DNA from: Ginglymostoma cirratum
Lineage: Eukaryota
Length of the DNA: 64,000 nt
Assembly: GCA_024137785.1 (NCBI GenBank)
Contig: JAHRHZ010000002.1
Location: forward strand, 8,571,288-8,635,287
Reading direction: 5' to 3'
The notes beneath the pieces are model-generated. The model had not been told where the DNA came from. It ran no database searches and saw only the letters and a program-made list of their open reading frames with translations. Below, in pieces: positions 11,887 to 25,008 of this stretch. Both the position numbers and the translations under genes were made by a program. Positions within the stretch are counted from its first letter, which is position 1; the number at the start of each line of letters is the position of its first letter.

Positions 11887-12790
11887 TCAATTTACTGGCG
11901 ATTGTCATCCTATGATGGAGAAAGTGCGGTCTCCCTACATGCACCACTTACTACCTGGTGGCCTTGGCAGCAGCAGATCTGCTGGTCGTCTTCTCTTCTG
12001 TCATATTGTCTCAGCTCATGTCTTATTTTTCTCAGTACGTTTTCTGGAAATTGCTCCTCTGTGCAATGATATACTTATCCTTCGTTATGTAGGTACTGAA
12101 TGTTCTGTCTGGTTTGTTGTTACTTTCTCATTTGATCGATTTGTGGCCATTTGTTGCCAGAAGTTGAAAACAAAATATTGCACTGGCAAAACTGCAATTT
12201 TGGTTCTATCAATTACATTCATTCTGATATGTTTAAAATTTTCCCCTTCTACTTCATTGTTGAACTTAGAGAGATCATTGATGGTGTTCCTTGGTTCTGT
12301 AAGGAAAGGACAAGCTATTACACAGATCCTACATGGGTGACATTTAACAGGCTTGATAAGATTTTCACACCATTGATCCCATATGTTTTAATTCTGTTAG
12401 TCAGTGTGCTCACAGTCAGATACATTTTAGTGATCAGTCAGATCCAAAAGCGACTAAGGAGTCAATGTACTGGAAGAAACTGCATTGACACAGAGATTGA
12501 CAGCAGAAGAAATTCTTCAATTCTATTCTTCACCATATCTGGCAGTTTCATTCTCCTTTGGTTTTTATTTCTTATAGACTTGTTATGTTGTAGCATTACA
12601 GAAATTATTCCTGAAAATTATGAAGATTACTTGAACACCTTTGAAGACGTTGGAGTCATGTCGGTGGATTTAAGTTGCTGCACACATACATTTATTTGTG
12701 GTGCCACTCAGTCCAAGTTCAGGGGACAGTTCAAGAGTGCTGTGAAGCATTTGTGTATATCAATTGTTCATTTAATTTACAAGAGCAGGG
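11887..12790 (+). pseudogene. GPR139/GPR142-like class A GPCR pseudogene, large second coding exon
   Basis: Polypyrimidine tract plus AG at 11885-11886, then (V)NLLAIVIL*WRKCGLPTCTTYYLVALAAADLLVV with TGA at 11913-11915. After a frameshift: ECSVWFVVTFSFDRFVAICCQKLKTKYCTGKTA. After a second frameshift: PWFC, FTPLIPYVLILLVSVLTVRYIL, RRNSSILFFTISGSFILLW, LSCCTHTFICGATQSKFR. Exon 1 was not located. Confidence 0.88.
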
Positions 12791-13149
12791 TGCTCCATGT
12801 TTCCAGTAACATTTATCCTCATATCACCAGGAAGTCCCATTGTTAGAATAGTAGAAGTTGGAGTGGAGAGGGGACTGCAAGGTAAGATCTTGGGAAGTTA
12901 ACCAGAATAGGGAGGATGTTAGAGGAAAAAGTCTTTGCTCCCGTTGAAGGAATTGAGGGAAAGTAGTCGCCGCAGTCTCACTTCATTGTTGAATATTTCC
13001 ATTCATTGGAAGGGAAAATATTTGCTTAAAAATAAAGAAGAAAATATAGACGAACAAAACGATTGCATCTTGTTTCTTTGTTTCACGATATTTCTGGCAA
13101 TATTTTATTGAATGTGCTTCCATTTCATTCTGTCATCTGCTTTAGGGAG

Positions 13150-13745
13150 CACCGGCATGGCTGGGAGTGTTAGAGGTCCTCCATTTGCTTTTTTCATTCT
13201 GTTTTCTTTCACTTTCTGACTTCATGGGGAAGCCTCAGTGGCGTCAGTGGTTTGTCAGCATCAGCGATGGCCGTGCCTGATCAAGGATTCCTGGCCTCGG
13301 CAGGGTTGGAGCCTAGATTCAGCAAATCGGTGGGCTATCAGCTGCAGAGGAACTTAATACCCACAGCAGCACTGTGTTAGGCCCACAGCGTTATCGATGG
13401 GTCGTTGGTTGCAACGGTGCAAGATGCTTGGCGGGTCGTCGTCTGCTGCAGAGCATGGTGCCCAGGTCAGGGCTGTGTCCTTCATTCTGTGCATGGTTGA
13501 GTTCAGTGCAGATCGCAGGCAAGGTCCCAGTGCATTCTGGAGGTGAGGCCTGACATGGTCTGGTGGAGAGGCCCAGCGCAGATTGTTCAAAGGGCTGTAA
13601 TGCTGAACTTTTTACTTATGTTTCTAATTTGTTCCGAAGATTTTGCACCTAGGTTCCTTGCATCAAATATAGCACCATAAGTTGCGACTTGGTGACATTT
13701 TCATTACACTCATTTCAATACGTGTGACGATAAAGCTAATTCTAA
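13150..13745 (+). mobile_element. Interspersed repeat ending in a LINE-like 3' tail (tail recurs at ~18470-18590 and ~62545-62655)
   Basis: Shared motif CCTAGGTACCTTTGTA...TTTTCACT...GTGACAATAAA followed by short (AATTCT)n-like repeats, at three places. Confidence 0.45.
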
Positions 13746-13819
13746 CCACATTTCTACTCCAACCCTCCAGCCTCTCTGTTAGGAAGTGGTTTTATTTCAG
13801 CACAAACACAGCAGAGGAA

Positions 13820-14430
13820 TTCATATGAACAAGCAGAAGTAGACCATTCAGCCATTCGAACCTGCTCTGTCATTCAATAAGATCTTAGCTGATCTGTGTG
13901 TTCCAAATTCCACTTTCCCATATCGTTCAACAAATTTTGATTCCCTACCAAACAAAAAGCAATATGTATCAGTTTTTAAAACATTCGATACAAGTCCTCA
14001 CTTCCGTTTTATTTCCTACAAAGAATTCCAACGTCATACTATACTTGGAGGGCAAAATTTCTCCCACTACTTCCCGAAAAGTGTGACCTTTAATGTTAAA
14101 ATAAGGTTCCCCTAATTGTGGTCCCTTGCACAAGAGGACACATCCTTTTCACATCCTTGTCAAGGACATTCAGGACCCTGACTGTTTGATCAATTCACCC
14201 CTCAGTTTTCTATAATACAATGAAGTCATGTCCAGTTACTCCTAACTTTCCTCTTAAGACAACATATTCCTTCCAGATATTAATATACTAAACTACCCTT
14301 GAACTGCCATCTGATGCATTTATGTGCTTTCTAAAGTAAGGACACTAAACTTGCTTAAAGTATTCAAGATGTGGTTTTGTTAATGCTGCGTGAAACTGGA
14401 ACATGACTTCCTTAGTTTTACGTTCAATTT
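13820..14430 (-). mobile_element. Old CR1 LINE 3' fragment
   Basis: Begins with the reversed CR1 3' UTR (AGCAGAAGTAGACCATTCAGCC...CATTCAATAAGATC) and continues colinear with the younger copy at 36655-37300. Confidence 0.6.
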
Positions 14431-16021
14431 TTCTTGTGTTGGACGATGTGATGCAAGGTGAGAGACAGGAAGATATAGGATGCAACGTTTGATGTCTCAA
14501 CTTTCTAGCTGCTTGGCTGGTCATAGCAGAGTTCCTCTCTGCTTTCCATTACAGCTGACATTGTGAAGAGTTTTCTCTTTGCACACTGTACCCCTCCCTT
14601 TTGTAAATCTGTCATCTTCAGTTCTTTCTCCTGAGACAAAAGAAAATCCTGACCATGCCACCCTTACGGTATCTAATGTATTGACATTGAGCAGGAAAAA
14701 TGAACAATTTAGAGCGAGGGCATGAAAATCAAGTTTTTCAAGCAGATTATGAGCTGTAATCTTAGTGAATAGCAGCAAAATCCCCAGTTGTGAAATCATT
14801 CCTTCCATCCTATTGATGATCTTATTCTGTAAAGTTGCAGTTATCTGATGTATTCAATGCAGTAAAGCTGTCGAAAATGCATGAAGAAGGGATTACCTCG
14901 CATCAAACAGAGCATTAAAACAGAAACAAAGGCACCTAAGTCAAAGCCTGTTGAATGAGGAAGATTTTAAAGGTGAAACTAAAGGATGCGAAAGTTCCAG
15001 GCGGGAAACAAACTAGTCTGCAGATGTTAGTGGCAAGGGGTCGGGGCTAGACATGATGAGCAACTGCACATTTATTTTGATAAAGATTTCAATGAACAAT
15101 AGCCCACAGTGTGGTAGTGTAGGAGACGTATATCACTAATAGTAAACTATCTGATGTTGTTCGATTTACTGCTCGTGCCAGATGTCATTTATATAGTTTT
15201 GGAGTTGCGTCAGCCTGTCTGTGCAACAGTATAAAAGAATTACTTTATTTCCCATTGTATTTGGAGAGAGTTCAAACTCCTGAGTGAGTCTAGGGCCCCC
15301 TCCCCTTGCATATACACCGGTGTTTTGTTCAAATAGATTTCTTAAATGCTGCTTTACTTTGCTGTCTCCGAGTCTCTACCTGCCTTTACTGAGGTCACTC
15401 TGACACATTCACTTTACAATCAACAAGTAAAAATTTATTTGTCTAAATCTAACAGTGAACAAACTAATTGAATTATTAACAAACCAAATAAACCCCTTCT
15501 AACTACTAATTGTTCCCAAATAAAACAAGATTCTAATGGCATGTAGTTCCACTAAATTCAAGCACTACTTATAGAAAATAAAATAACATCAAAATAAATC
15601 AAAATTCAGCCTCTCGAAGCTACAGCCTATTTACATTTTTCAGGATGTTCCATGCCTTTTCGTCGAATGTGCTGTCAGGAATGCCTTCTCTGGCGAATGT
15701 TGTGTGAAGAACGCCAGTTCTGTTGAATTCTTCTAACAGGAATATTAACTAGTTGGACCACGTGCAGACAATTGGAACTAGCTGGGTGGGAATCATGCTC
15801 AGCACGGACCAGTTTGGGCTGAAGGACCTGTTTCCATGCTGTATTATTCTATGATTCCATGCATCTAAATGGGATGAGATTAATTTAAGATATCTGGTCG
15901 GCATGGATGAATTGAACCGTAGGCACTGTTTCTGTGCTGTACATCTCTCTGAGGTTCACTGCTTCTGGAGTCTTACTGCTCAGGGAGTTTCACTGCTTAA
16001 GGGACAATACTGATCAGGACA

Positions 16022-16177
16022 GAGATAGTAGGAACTGCTGATGCTGGAGAATCTGCGATAACAAGGTGTAGAGCTGGATGAACACAGAAGGCCAAGCAAC
16101 ATCAGAAGGGCAGGAAAGCTGATGTTTTGGGATGAGACCCTTTAAGCTGTGTTCATCCAGCTCTACACCTTGTTATC
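16022..16177. mobile_element. Penelope-derived foldback element
   Basis: GATAACAAGGTGTAGAGCTGGATGAACACAG and its reverse complement at ~16147-16177; flanking duplication ACTGATCAGGACA (16009-16021) / ACTGATCAAGACA (16178-16190). Confidence 0.75.
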
Positions 16178-17329
16178 ACTGATCAAGACAAATCACTTCC
16201 CAGAGAGCCCCAGAATTCACAGGAAATAATTGTTCATTTTGACTTTCTGCTGAAGCCGAATAATGGCAGAAGATGCCCCACCCGTCCCATAATTTCAACA
16301 TTGATTATTAATTCAAAATGTTACACTTGTTCTGCCTCACTGGAAAGTCAGGTCCCTCAAGGCCTACACAGGGAGTATTTACAGGGGATGCCCTACAATA
16401 TAGGTGAATGGAGGTTGATGACCCCAGGTCTGGGAAAGGTGAGAGGAGGGGGAGCTCTGCACCGTAACCATGTTTTGGGGATATGGAGGTGGCTTTCCTC
16501 TGCAGAAGTTCATGTCTGTGCTGCGAACGAATCTCCAGTTAGCCTATGAGGGAGAGTAAGAGATTGGACATTTTTACTTTATTATGCGTGAAGGGGTGGA
16601 TAGATCTAAGGTGTGGAAATCAATTTGATGAACCTGATCAGAAATATTTTTCATTTAGGTGTACGCGTTAGGTGGATTAGTCATGTTAAATTGCCTTGTA
16701 GTATCCAGGATATGTAAGCTTGGTGGATTAACCACAGACAAACGCAGTGTAACATGCATCGAGTTGGGGTTTGGATCTGAATGGGATATACTTCAGAGGG
16801 TCGAGGCAGACTGAATGGGCCAAAGGGCCTCTATCTGCACTGGAGGGTTTTTATAATTCATTGAAAGAGTAAGACCTATTAGTAATTTCTATGGTAATCA
16901 ATATGTGCGGCCAGAATGTGTTGTTATCATTCTTAATAAATTTATTTTCATGGGAGAAAGGGATGCTTTGATTTAATAGTGAAGTATTCTAGATTGGCTG
17001 AATGGCCTACTCCTCCTCTTATTTCTAATGGTTTTATTCATACATTACTATCACATGAAAAGTGTCTGAAATATGGATAAAATTGAAATAATAAGAAAGG
17101 AAGTATTAAGGACAAAAGCTGGCAAAGTAGCAACTTTGTCAGTCATGGGTAAAATGTGTCAGTTAAAGTTAGGAGAAAAGAAAGCAAAGAATAATGTTAA
17201 GGGAAATGATATCTTAAAATCCTGAACTCCAGAGAGTTAGGGAAACCACATAAAACGGTTTCACTAAAGAAAAGCTTAAAGCAAACAAAAACGAAATAGG
17301 ATCAGAGATGTTTCTGATTCCAATGAAGG

Positions 17330-17830
17330 ATTTGATTCAGCTATAAATTTGAGCTTTGTTCCAACATTTACGGAGGATAGAGTTGAAAGATGTTTCAACT
17401 CACTTGAAATGTTTTCTATGACGAGAAAGAGGCCAAAATATGTTAGGACCTTAATGTTACAGAGACCCTGGATAAGCCCAGCTCCAAGAGTATTAACCAC
17501 TTCTTCAGAAGAACAAAATGCAGGCTATGAAACTCTTAAAAAAGCAATACTCAATGATTATGAACATTTTCCAGAAGGCTATCTAATTAAAGTTTAGGAG
17601 TATTAGAAAGAAACATAACCAGAAATTTTAAAAAAAGATGGAAAAGGAAATGGCTTGAAAACAAAATGTCTTGGATCAACGGTTTTGATCAGTGAGTTTA
17701 GAGAATTTGATGGAAATTGTATTTATGACAGAATTTGAATACAGTATTCTAGCAACCCTGAAGAATTATGTAGATTACTGTCAAACATAAATGATCAGAG
17801 AAACAGCAATACAAGCAATTGGTATGAAAT
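17330..17830 (+). mobile_element. Gypsy (Gmr1-like) gag remnant, capsid/SCAN-like region
   Basis: ORF 17349-17597 (FVPTFTEDRVERCFNSLE...TLMLQ...YETLKKAILNDYEHFPEGY) follows the Gmr1 gag pattern LVP.F.E.DVE.YF..FE...Y..VK.AIL..YELVPE.Y. Confidence 0.65.
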
Positions 17831-19099
17831 CCAACACAGACAGTCCCATGTGGGAAAATAGTCATATGTGAATCAACAAGAAAATTGGATGGATAGTAAA
17901 CAATCTGATAGTTCGAAAAATAAATAAAGATACTGTAGTGTTAAGTTCAAAAATGATATCTACAAAACAGATAATTGAGGGTTAATTGATAAGAGTTAAT
18001 TGGACACGGGAACAGGAAACCAAATGAAAACGTGTAAAAAAGAAAGCATGCTTACTGTAAAAGCAGCCTGTTATGGTTTGGAAGGTAACTGCAATGTCCT
18101 TGCCATGGATTGGGAACAGGCAATTTTATGGCAACACCTTGATTTGTTTAAGACCACCACGCACAGAGTCATGTTCAGAAAAGTATTCACGAGTGGTAAT
18201 ACACACGTGATATCATGTTCAAAATGGTATTAATTTGTGGAATTTTGCCAACCCGTGGGAAGCTTTCATCATTCAGCTGGGATTAATGAGACTGTTGCTG
18301 TGGAAACTGAGACAGATCTCCAAGTGTCAGTTGACATCCAAGGAACCCCAATTGGCAGAACGCAGTGAGACTCACTTGGCGAATATATCCAAACTAGTTT
18401 AAGTTAATAGATTCACACATTGGTTTGTGCATCGAAAATAGATTAAGCAAATAAAGTTCTAAGTTTTTCTTTACCTAGGTACCTTTGTAACTAAAGTGGC
18501 GCCGTTTGTGGCAACATTACACACTTTTCACTATACTCCTCTACTTCTGCATTTGAGTTCACATGACAATGAAATCTAAATCTAAATCGAAGGATCCTCG
18601 ATTTCTCACATTTCAGGCACATGGGTACAATCGGGGCTTCAATTGCTTCCAAAGGCTTTCTTCACTTTTCAAGCGTTATGTATCTTTCAAAATCATCAGG
18701 GACAATGATTCATTGGATTAATGAAGCCTAAACCATCATTATATATCAAACTAACTCTCTTGATTTTACCCCAAGCAAACAGGCATAAAAACAGCTTTCT
18801 TCCACTTCATGAAGAGTGGAAGATCCTACCCACAGCTTCCTTAAAGTCATTTAAAACGATTGACAAGAGTGAGGTCAAGAACAATGCAACCAAAGTATGT
18901 CTACAATCAGCCACAGTAAACATCTGATGACTGGTGAGTTTTCCCAAGAATAACGTCTGTTAAAATGAGGATAGAATCAGACGTGACAGACGCCCATATT
19001 AACGTGATAGATAGCTGATGAGGCAAGTTTGGTAGGAAAATTTAAGGGATTGCACTCAGCCTCACGACGAGTTTGTCCCATATAACTTGAAAAATTTCC

Positions 19100-19415
19100 A
19101 ATGGGCAGCACAGTATCTCAGTGGCTTGCAATGTTGCCTCACAGCAACAGGGACCTGAGGTTGATTCCACCTTCAGGCTACTGACTAAGTGGAGTTTGCT
19201 AATTCGCCCCATGTCTGGTTGGGTTTCCCCAGGGTGTTCTGATTTCCTCCCACAGTCCAAAGATGTGCAGCATTAGCCATGCTTAAATTGCCCATAGTGC
19301 GCAGTTTGGATCTGTTAGCCTTAGGAATTTCAAGGGTCGTGTTCGGGTTTGGGTAGGCTAGTCTCCAAAGAGTCATTGTGAACTTCACAGGCCAAATGGC
19401 CTCCTTTCACACTGT
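19100..19415 (+). mobile_element. HE1-like tRNA-derived SINE with CR1-type 3' tail
   Basis: tRNA-like head (GGCAGCACAGT..CTCAGTGG...GGTTGATTCC), V-domain-like GTGGAGTTTGC...TTTCCTCCCACAGTCCAAAGATGTGCAG, tail TTCTATGATTCT. Confidence 0.85.
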
Positions 19416-20124
19416 ACGGATTCTATGATTCTAATTTACACCTATCCAGCGAATATACACCATTTGACTTCTATAATTTAATAAAATGCATATGGGCAGG
19501 TTATAGATTGTCACTGCTTGCAACAAAGGCTGGAAGGTGTGAGTTATTCTTGCCAATGAAGAAAGAAGTGTCGTAGGGCCCGCTTGTTCTGTTAACTTTG
19601 CAGAGACATGTTCCTGTCTGGGACAGTTGGTAGTTTCCAGCCGAAGGACGCAAAACTGACACCAGTGTTTAAATCAACGAAATGACATTTGCTCCAACAT
19701 CAACACAAAACTTCACTGCACAAACTTTTCTTTCTTTCATTTTATTGCTGATGAATTTCCGGCAAACAAAACCATACCAACACTCAAAGAAGAAAAATAC
19801 ACGACAATAATGAAACATTTTCCGTGCCATTTCATGGATTGTTTCCATTTTTGTTTATGCAACCGAACCTTCAATTCACGTTTTCACAACTATTTAAAAT
19901 TAATCTTTGCAATTATTTTCATTGTTCAGTCTCTACAACTCTGCACTTTTTGTTATTTTTCTAAAAAAAGTAAATAAACATTTTCACAATCACTGGCCAT
20001 CTTAAGTCACTTAAGTCAGTGAAGTGCTTTTGCAGTACTCTGTTGTAAAGCAGGGATCACCATAAGTTATTTGCATATAGTAAACTCGCATTTGTTATTA
20101 AAACATGATAACGATCAGTCAAAG

Positions 20125-20250
20125 ATTGCAGGAACTGAAGATGTTGCAGTCAGAGATAACAAAGTGTGGAGCTGGAGAAACACAGCAGGGCGGGCAGCAT
20201 CAGAGGAAGAGGAAGGCTGACGTTTTGGGTCGGATCCCTTCTTCAGAAAT
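20125..20250 (-). mobile_element. Penelope-derived element, single arm
   Basis: GAGATAACAAAGTGTGGAGCTGGAGAAACACAGCAGG...GACGTTTTGGGTCGGATCCCTTCTTCAG, same family as 8670. Confidence 0.7.
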
Positions 20251-21039
20251 TCAAAATGCAGGACAATAAATTTCAATCAAGTTACCTCTTGCTCTTCTTC
20301 TCTCCGAAGTATAGCCTGTTCAATCTTTCCTTATAAGACAGCCTCCCTGTTACAGGTATAATCTAATTATACTTAATTGAAATAAATTTTCTAATACTGT
20401 GAACAATACTTGAAAAGTAGGTCAGGAAAGCAAGTGGGAGAACAATAGCGGGGGGTGGTGCATGAGAAAACGCTGGCAGGCAAGATTGAGAAAAATACCA
20501 AGATATTCTACAAGAATATCAAGTGGTAAAAAATAACGAGGGAAAACGTAGGGTCTTTTAGGGACCAAGGGGAAATTTATGCAGAGTCTTCACTCGGGAA
20601 AAATGTGATGCAGACAAAGAATTTGAGAAGATGGACTGTGAAGTTCCTGAACAGATTAATAGAAGAAGAGATGTGATGTTGACATGCACAGAAAAAGAGA
20701 ACGAGAGAGCAATGATCCTTTGTGTGTGTCAGACATAGAATAAACATTGACTCACATGTATTCACTAATACAGTCTATTTAATTCCGTTGCTTTTCCCAC
20801 CATTGAATGCCTCGATCTTTCTTCTTCAAAGTCACTACAAAGAATTAACAAAAATGTTCTTTCTTCCTGCCGCGTGCATAATTTTCAAACTGAGTAGGTG
20901 CACTCATAAGTTCCGTTTAAATAGTTTGGAATTTTTTATCTTACGTGTCTCTAAAAAAAGGGGGGGCTATGATCAGTAGGTGCAATCGTATCAACTTATT
21001 ACTGGCAATATAAATGCTCAAATGCTGTAACATCAACGC

Positions 21040-24000
21040 CAAGCTCAAGTTGTCCTTCACAATTGTGGGACATTTCTGTTGGGACTATTCAGTTATCTGG
21101 AAAACATCCAATAGGTCTTTTTTTTAAATCTTCTTGTCACCATTTGCAATGGTACAGTAGCGACACCATCATCACTCGCATCAATAGCCACCTTGAACGT
21201 CTTTGCGTAATTCGGTGTGGACAACACTGGGGCATTAGTTAACACAGCTTTCAGGCTGTGAAATGCGTTCTGACAGTTCTGCGTCCACAGACGTTTTCAG
21301 TACTTCTTCAGTAAATCAGTCAGTGCAGCAAACACACTGTTAAATTACAGTACAAACGTTTGTTTTAAAAATAAACTCCATCCCAGGAATTGCAATACTT
21401 CCCTTTTCGTCAAAAACATGGAATATATCCCAATATTTTTTGTTTTCATATCCCATCAGACCATTTGTCCATTTCCAAAGATATGTTCCAGAAACGTGGC
21501 TTGATTTTTCGCGAATTCAATCTTAGCCAGGTTTATCGTCATGCCCAACCTCCCAGAGTAATTTGAAAAAATGCAAAAGATGCTGAAAATGCTCTTTTTA
21601 TGTCCGACCCAAAAAAAAATCACCAGGTCATTGATGTACGCCAAACAATTGGGTAATCTTGATTTTACAGTGATCATAGCAGTTATAATCAACAAATACT
21701 GATTCCCACTTTTTGTTTTAAATAGGAGTCTTATGCAATCAATTAAAACTCTTGTACCAGTTTCCTCAAATGTAGGAATAGATATCACTGCCTGAGGCTT
21801 TCCAATTATACAACAGGTATGATGTATGGCACAATTCTAACATATCTAATGGTGTACAGCCCCATAAAAACATTTTGGTACTTTGGCTTGAGTTTTTCTT
21901 ACTCCCAAACAGCTTCCTACTTATAATTCATGTGCCATCTGCAACATTTCCTTTCTGTGCACGACTTGAAGTACAACTTGATAATTTTCTGCCCAGTTCT
22001 CATTCACCTGAATATGTGGTGGTCTCTATTTAATCATCAGTTACGTTCTTAAGATTATAACCTTCTGAGATACACTCAGATTCTTCTTCTGTGTCTGGTT
22101 TTTGATACAACTGCTTAAGTTTTTCACTTCTCTGTTGTAAGTTAGTTAAGTTCCCTGACATAAAAAAAAATTCTCTTTCTCGTCCACCTGTCCTTGCTTT
22201 TATTTTCCTCAACAGATTGATCAAACATGGTCTCTGACAATTTTACTCTAACTAACTTTTCTTTAGTCTTTGAATTCTCCTTCTGCACCAACCTGTGGCT
22301 TTTTGACCTTGTTACTGCAGTCAGGAAAAATCCCAGGATATGCTGCCACGAATGCCTCCAATGCCACTGTCAGGAAAAATCACAGGATATATTTCCTCTA
22401 ATACCTCAATTCCCATGATTTTTCTTGGGCATTGCAAGCACACTGAACCAGCTATATAAGTCCTAAGGATAAATTGGATTCCTGGAACTGAGACTTTTTT
22501 TTTAATACTCCTACAACCACTTCACCAATTATGACCGGACTGTCCAACCTTACTTTACGTCATGGAAAGCTGCTCTTCCCACCATGAAATCATATAGTAC
22601 CGTCTTTTCTGGCAATACTTCTTCTGAATTACATATCTCTTCATCTCTCCCCATCAAAGATTGACATGCTCCCGCATCTCTCAAAGTTTCATTTATTTAC
22701 CTGCTTCTCCTGATATTCGCAAATAAACCTTACCATGACAAGTAAATTCTTGAAAGATGTCTGGCACTTTCTTCTCTACTAACCCCTAACCAGATTACAT
22801 ATTCTTTTTGCTGTTTTAGTTTTTTTTAACTTCTTCTGTGCTTTCCATTACCACTTCAACAAAATTCACTGGTTTATCATGATTCCCCACTTTCGTCTTC
22901 CCAGTACATTTCCTAAATCACAAACACTGCGACTTCATATGGCCGACTTTATTGTACTGAAAACACCTGAGCTTATTTTTTTTTAAATTTATCTATCCCC
23001 TCCATGGACTTCCTTTTAACTATGTGGTAATCTATCTGTACTATCTTTGAAGAGATTTCTTTTCCCTTACCAACTTAGAATTTCTATCCGTCCCTTGCAT
23101 TCCACCTTCTGACGCTCCCTTCCAGCCACCAACTAGATTCATCCCTCCAATCGACCAACCAGTTCATATCTACCACCAGTGTCTACCTATCACCACCTTT
23201 CCTCCTCCACCCCTTCCCCCCGTTTTATCCGAATCTCCCCCACCCCCATATCCAGTCCTGAAGAAGGGTAACAGACAATATGTTGACAGCTCCTTTCATC
23301 CAGTTGCTGTCTGGCCTACCGTGTTCTTCCAACCCCCTGTTTGGCTGCATTGTCCATCATCAGTCTCTCTCTCTTTCCGCTCTTCTTCTGCTTTCAATAG
23401 TATGTCAAACTTTCATTTCTTTTTCTGTTTCTTTTTGTACCGCCAGACCAATTCTGGCCTTGTCTTATTTTCATTGTAATTACTTTTACTTCAAGCTGCT
23501 TCAGTTTAAATCGAATTTTAGCTATTACAAAGATTCCAGTGGCATTCATGGCAATTGTAAATGCTGCACAATTAGCACAATTGTTTCCCCTTTTCTCACA
23601 GAAACAGGCAAACCCAATTTCAAATGTTTTGCCAAGTGTAAAACCTTTGCCTTGTTCACCATTTTTTTCGTAAAATTCCCAAAATAGCCTCCTCCACCTT
23701 AGCAAACTCTTATTGACTGAAACAGCCATTACTCCAGGCTCTGTTTAAATGAACTGAAGTTGACATCCAAAATAAAAGACTCTAACATTTACCATTCGCT
23801 GCCTTTGATTCTAATAGCCCTAAAACCAACCTGGAAATATACATTTTCATCCCCACAAGAGCTTCCACTTTGTTATGGATCTGACTAACTCCTCAAAATA
23901 TGATAAGAAGGTAGCCTAGAAACGAACTTCTTTTTTCTTATTATAAAGGTAAACGTGAATTGTTGTGTTCCAGATGCAATTCGATCCGTCAGACTACTTG

Positions 24001-24420
24001 ACGTGAAGCAAAATGTAATGAATCAAACACTCATACACTATAGTTAAAAGATAATTAAAAAACATGAATTTGGAATAACTTAACTGTAATGAAAAGCCTA
24101 ACAGAATAATAGATTGTTATAGTAACAGTTTCAATATAGCAACATTCCATAAGCACACTCTTAGCAACACAGAAAATTCAGGAAACTGATTGTCATACAT
24201 GCTGTTCTGCAATCCAGGTGAAAAGAGCATTAAAAGTCTTTTCTGCGAGAGTCTTTTTAACAGAGTCTTTGGAAGCCGGCAGAGATTAAGCGCCTTCCAA
24301 CACTGCTGAGGCCCCAGCAACAAATGCTGAAAGCTCAGTAAACATTCTGGTTCTGTGAGAGCTTGCCTTACCTCCTCGGGCTGCTTCTGTCGTTCCAACA
24401 TTAAAAAAAAAAGACTCATG
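21040..24420 (-). mobile_element. Degenerate Gmr1-like Gypsy LTR retrotransposon (LTR-PBS-gag-PR-INT-RT-RH)
   Basis: Minus strand: LTR edge at 23871; tRNA-Pro-like PBS TGGAAGCTCTTGTGGGGAT (23849-23867); gag start ~23729; zinc-knuckle relic (~22920-22970); protease LRDAGACQS (~22660-22685); integrase RVLIDC..KTKSGNQYLLI (~21680-21750); RT AYINDLVIF and INLAKIEF (~21500-21650); RNase H AFHSLKAVLTNAPVL..FKVAIDASD (~21170-21270). Confidence 0.8.
23090..23345 (+). mobile_element. Penelope 3' fragment nested in the Gypsy gag region
   Basis: C-rich tract, then CCTGAAGAAGGGT...ATGTTGAC...GCTGTCTGGCCTACCGTGTTCTTCCA, a degenerate Penelope terminus. Confidence 0.5.
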
Positions 24421-24840
24421 CTTTCTTTTTGTATATTTTCATACACTGCTCAGCACCTGCCCCCACAACATACGGTAAAGTAAACGTGCTGTTCCTGACG
24501 CGTCTGTTGCTGTGGGTATATCATAAATATCAGGTCCAATGTCTTTGTTACATCATACAGCCGGCACTATAGCTCTTTGCCCGTGAATTCTACACACAGT
24601 TTGAGTCAATTTTAGTCTTGTTCTCGTCTTTTTGAACCAAACAGAGGTTCTCAGGGAGATGTTGTCGTAATTGTAGCAAGCTTCTCTGTTACTTTTGTCT
24701 TTGCATATTAAAATGTCTAATGTGGTACACATCTTGTGTGGATTGGAGGCAACGTCGCAGCCGAGAAGGAGAACGCTATAAAGGTGCAGTAATATGTAGT
24801 GATTTAGCACGTCGGATAAAACTGCTTCCTTGTTAGGGGT

Positions 24841-25008
24841 AATAGATACTGCAGATGCTGGAGAATACGAGATGACAAGGTGTGGAGCTGGATGAACACA
24901 GCAGGCCAAGCAGCATCATAGGAGCAGGAAAGCTTGACGTTTCGGGCCTAGACTCCTCATCAGAAAATGAAGGGTCTAGGCCCGAAACGTCAAGCTTTCC
25001 TGCTCCTG
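24841..25008. mobile_element. Penelope-derived foldback element with hammerhead-like core
   Basis: AGGAGCAGGAAAGCTTGACGTTTCGGGCCTAGAC is immediately inverted as GTCTAGGCCCGAAACGTCAAGCTTTCCTGCTCCT; GTTAGGGGT is duplicated at 24832-24840 and 25009-25017. Confidence 0.8.

Noticed and set aside
19100-19180. tRNA genes (also 54327-54400)
   Set aside because: tRNA-like heads continue into SINE body and LINE tail; no complete cloverleaf
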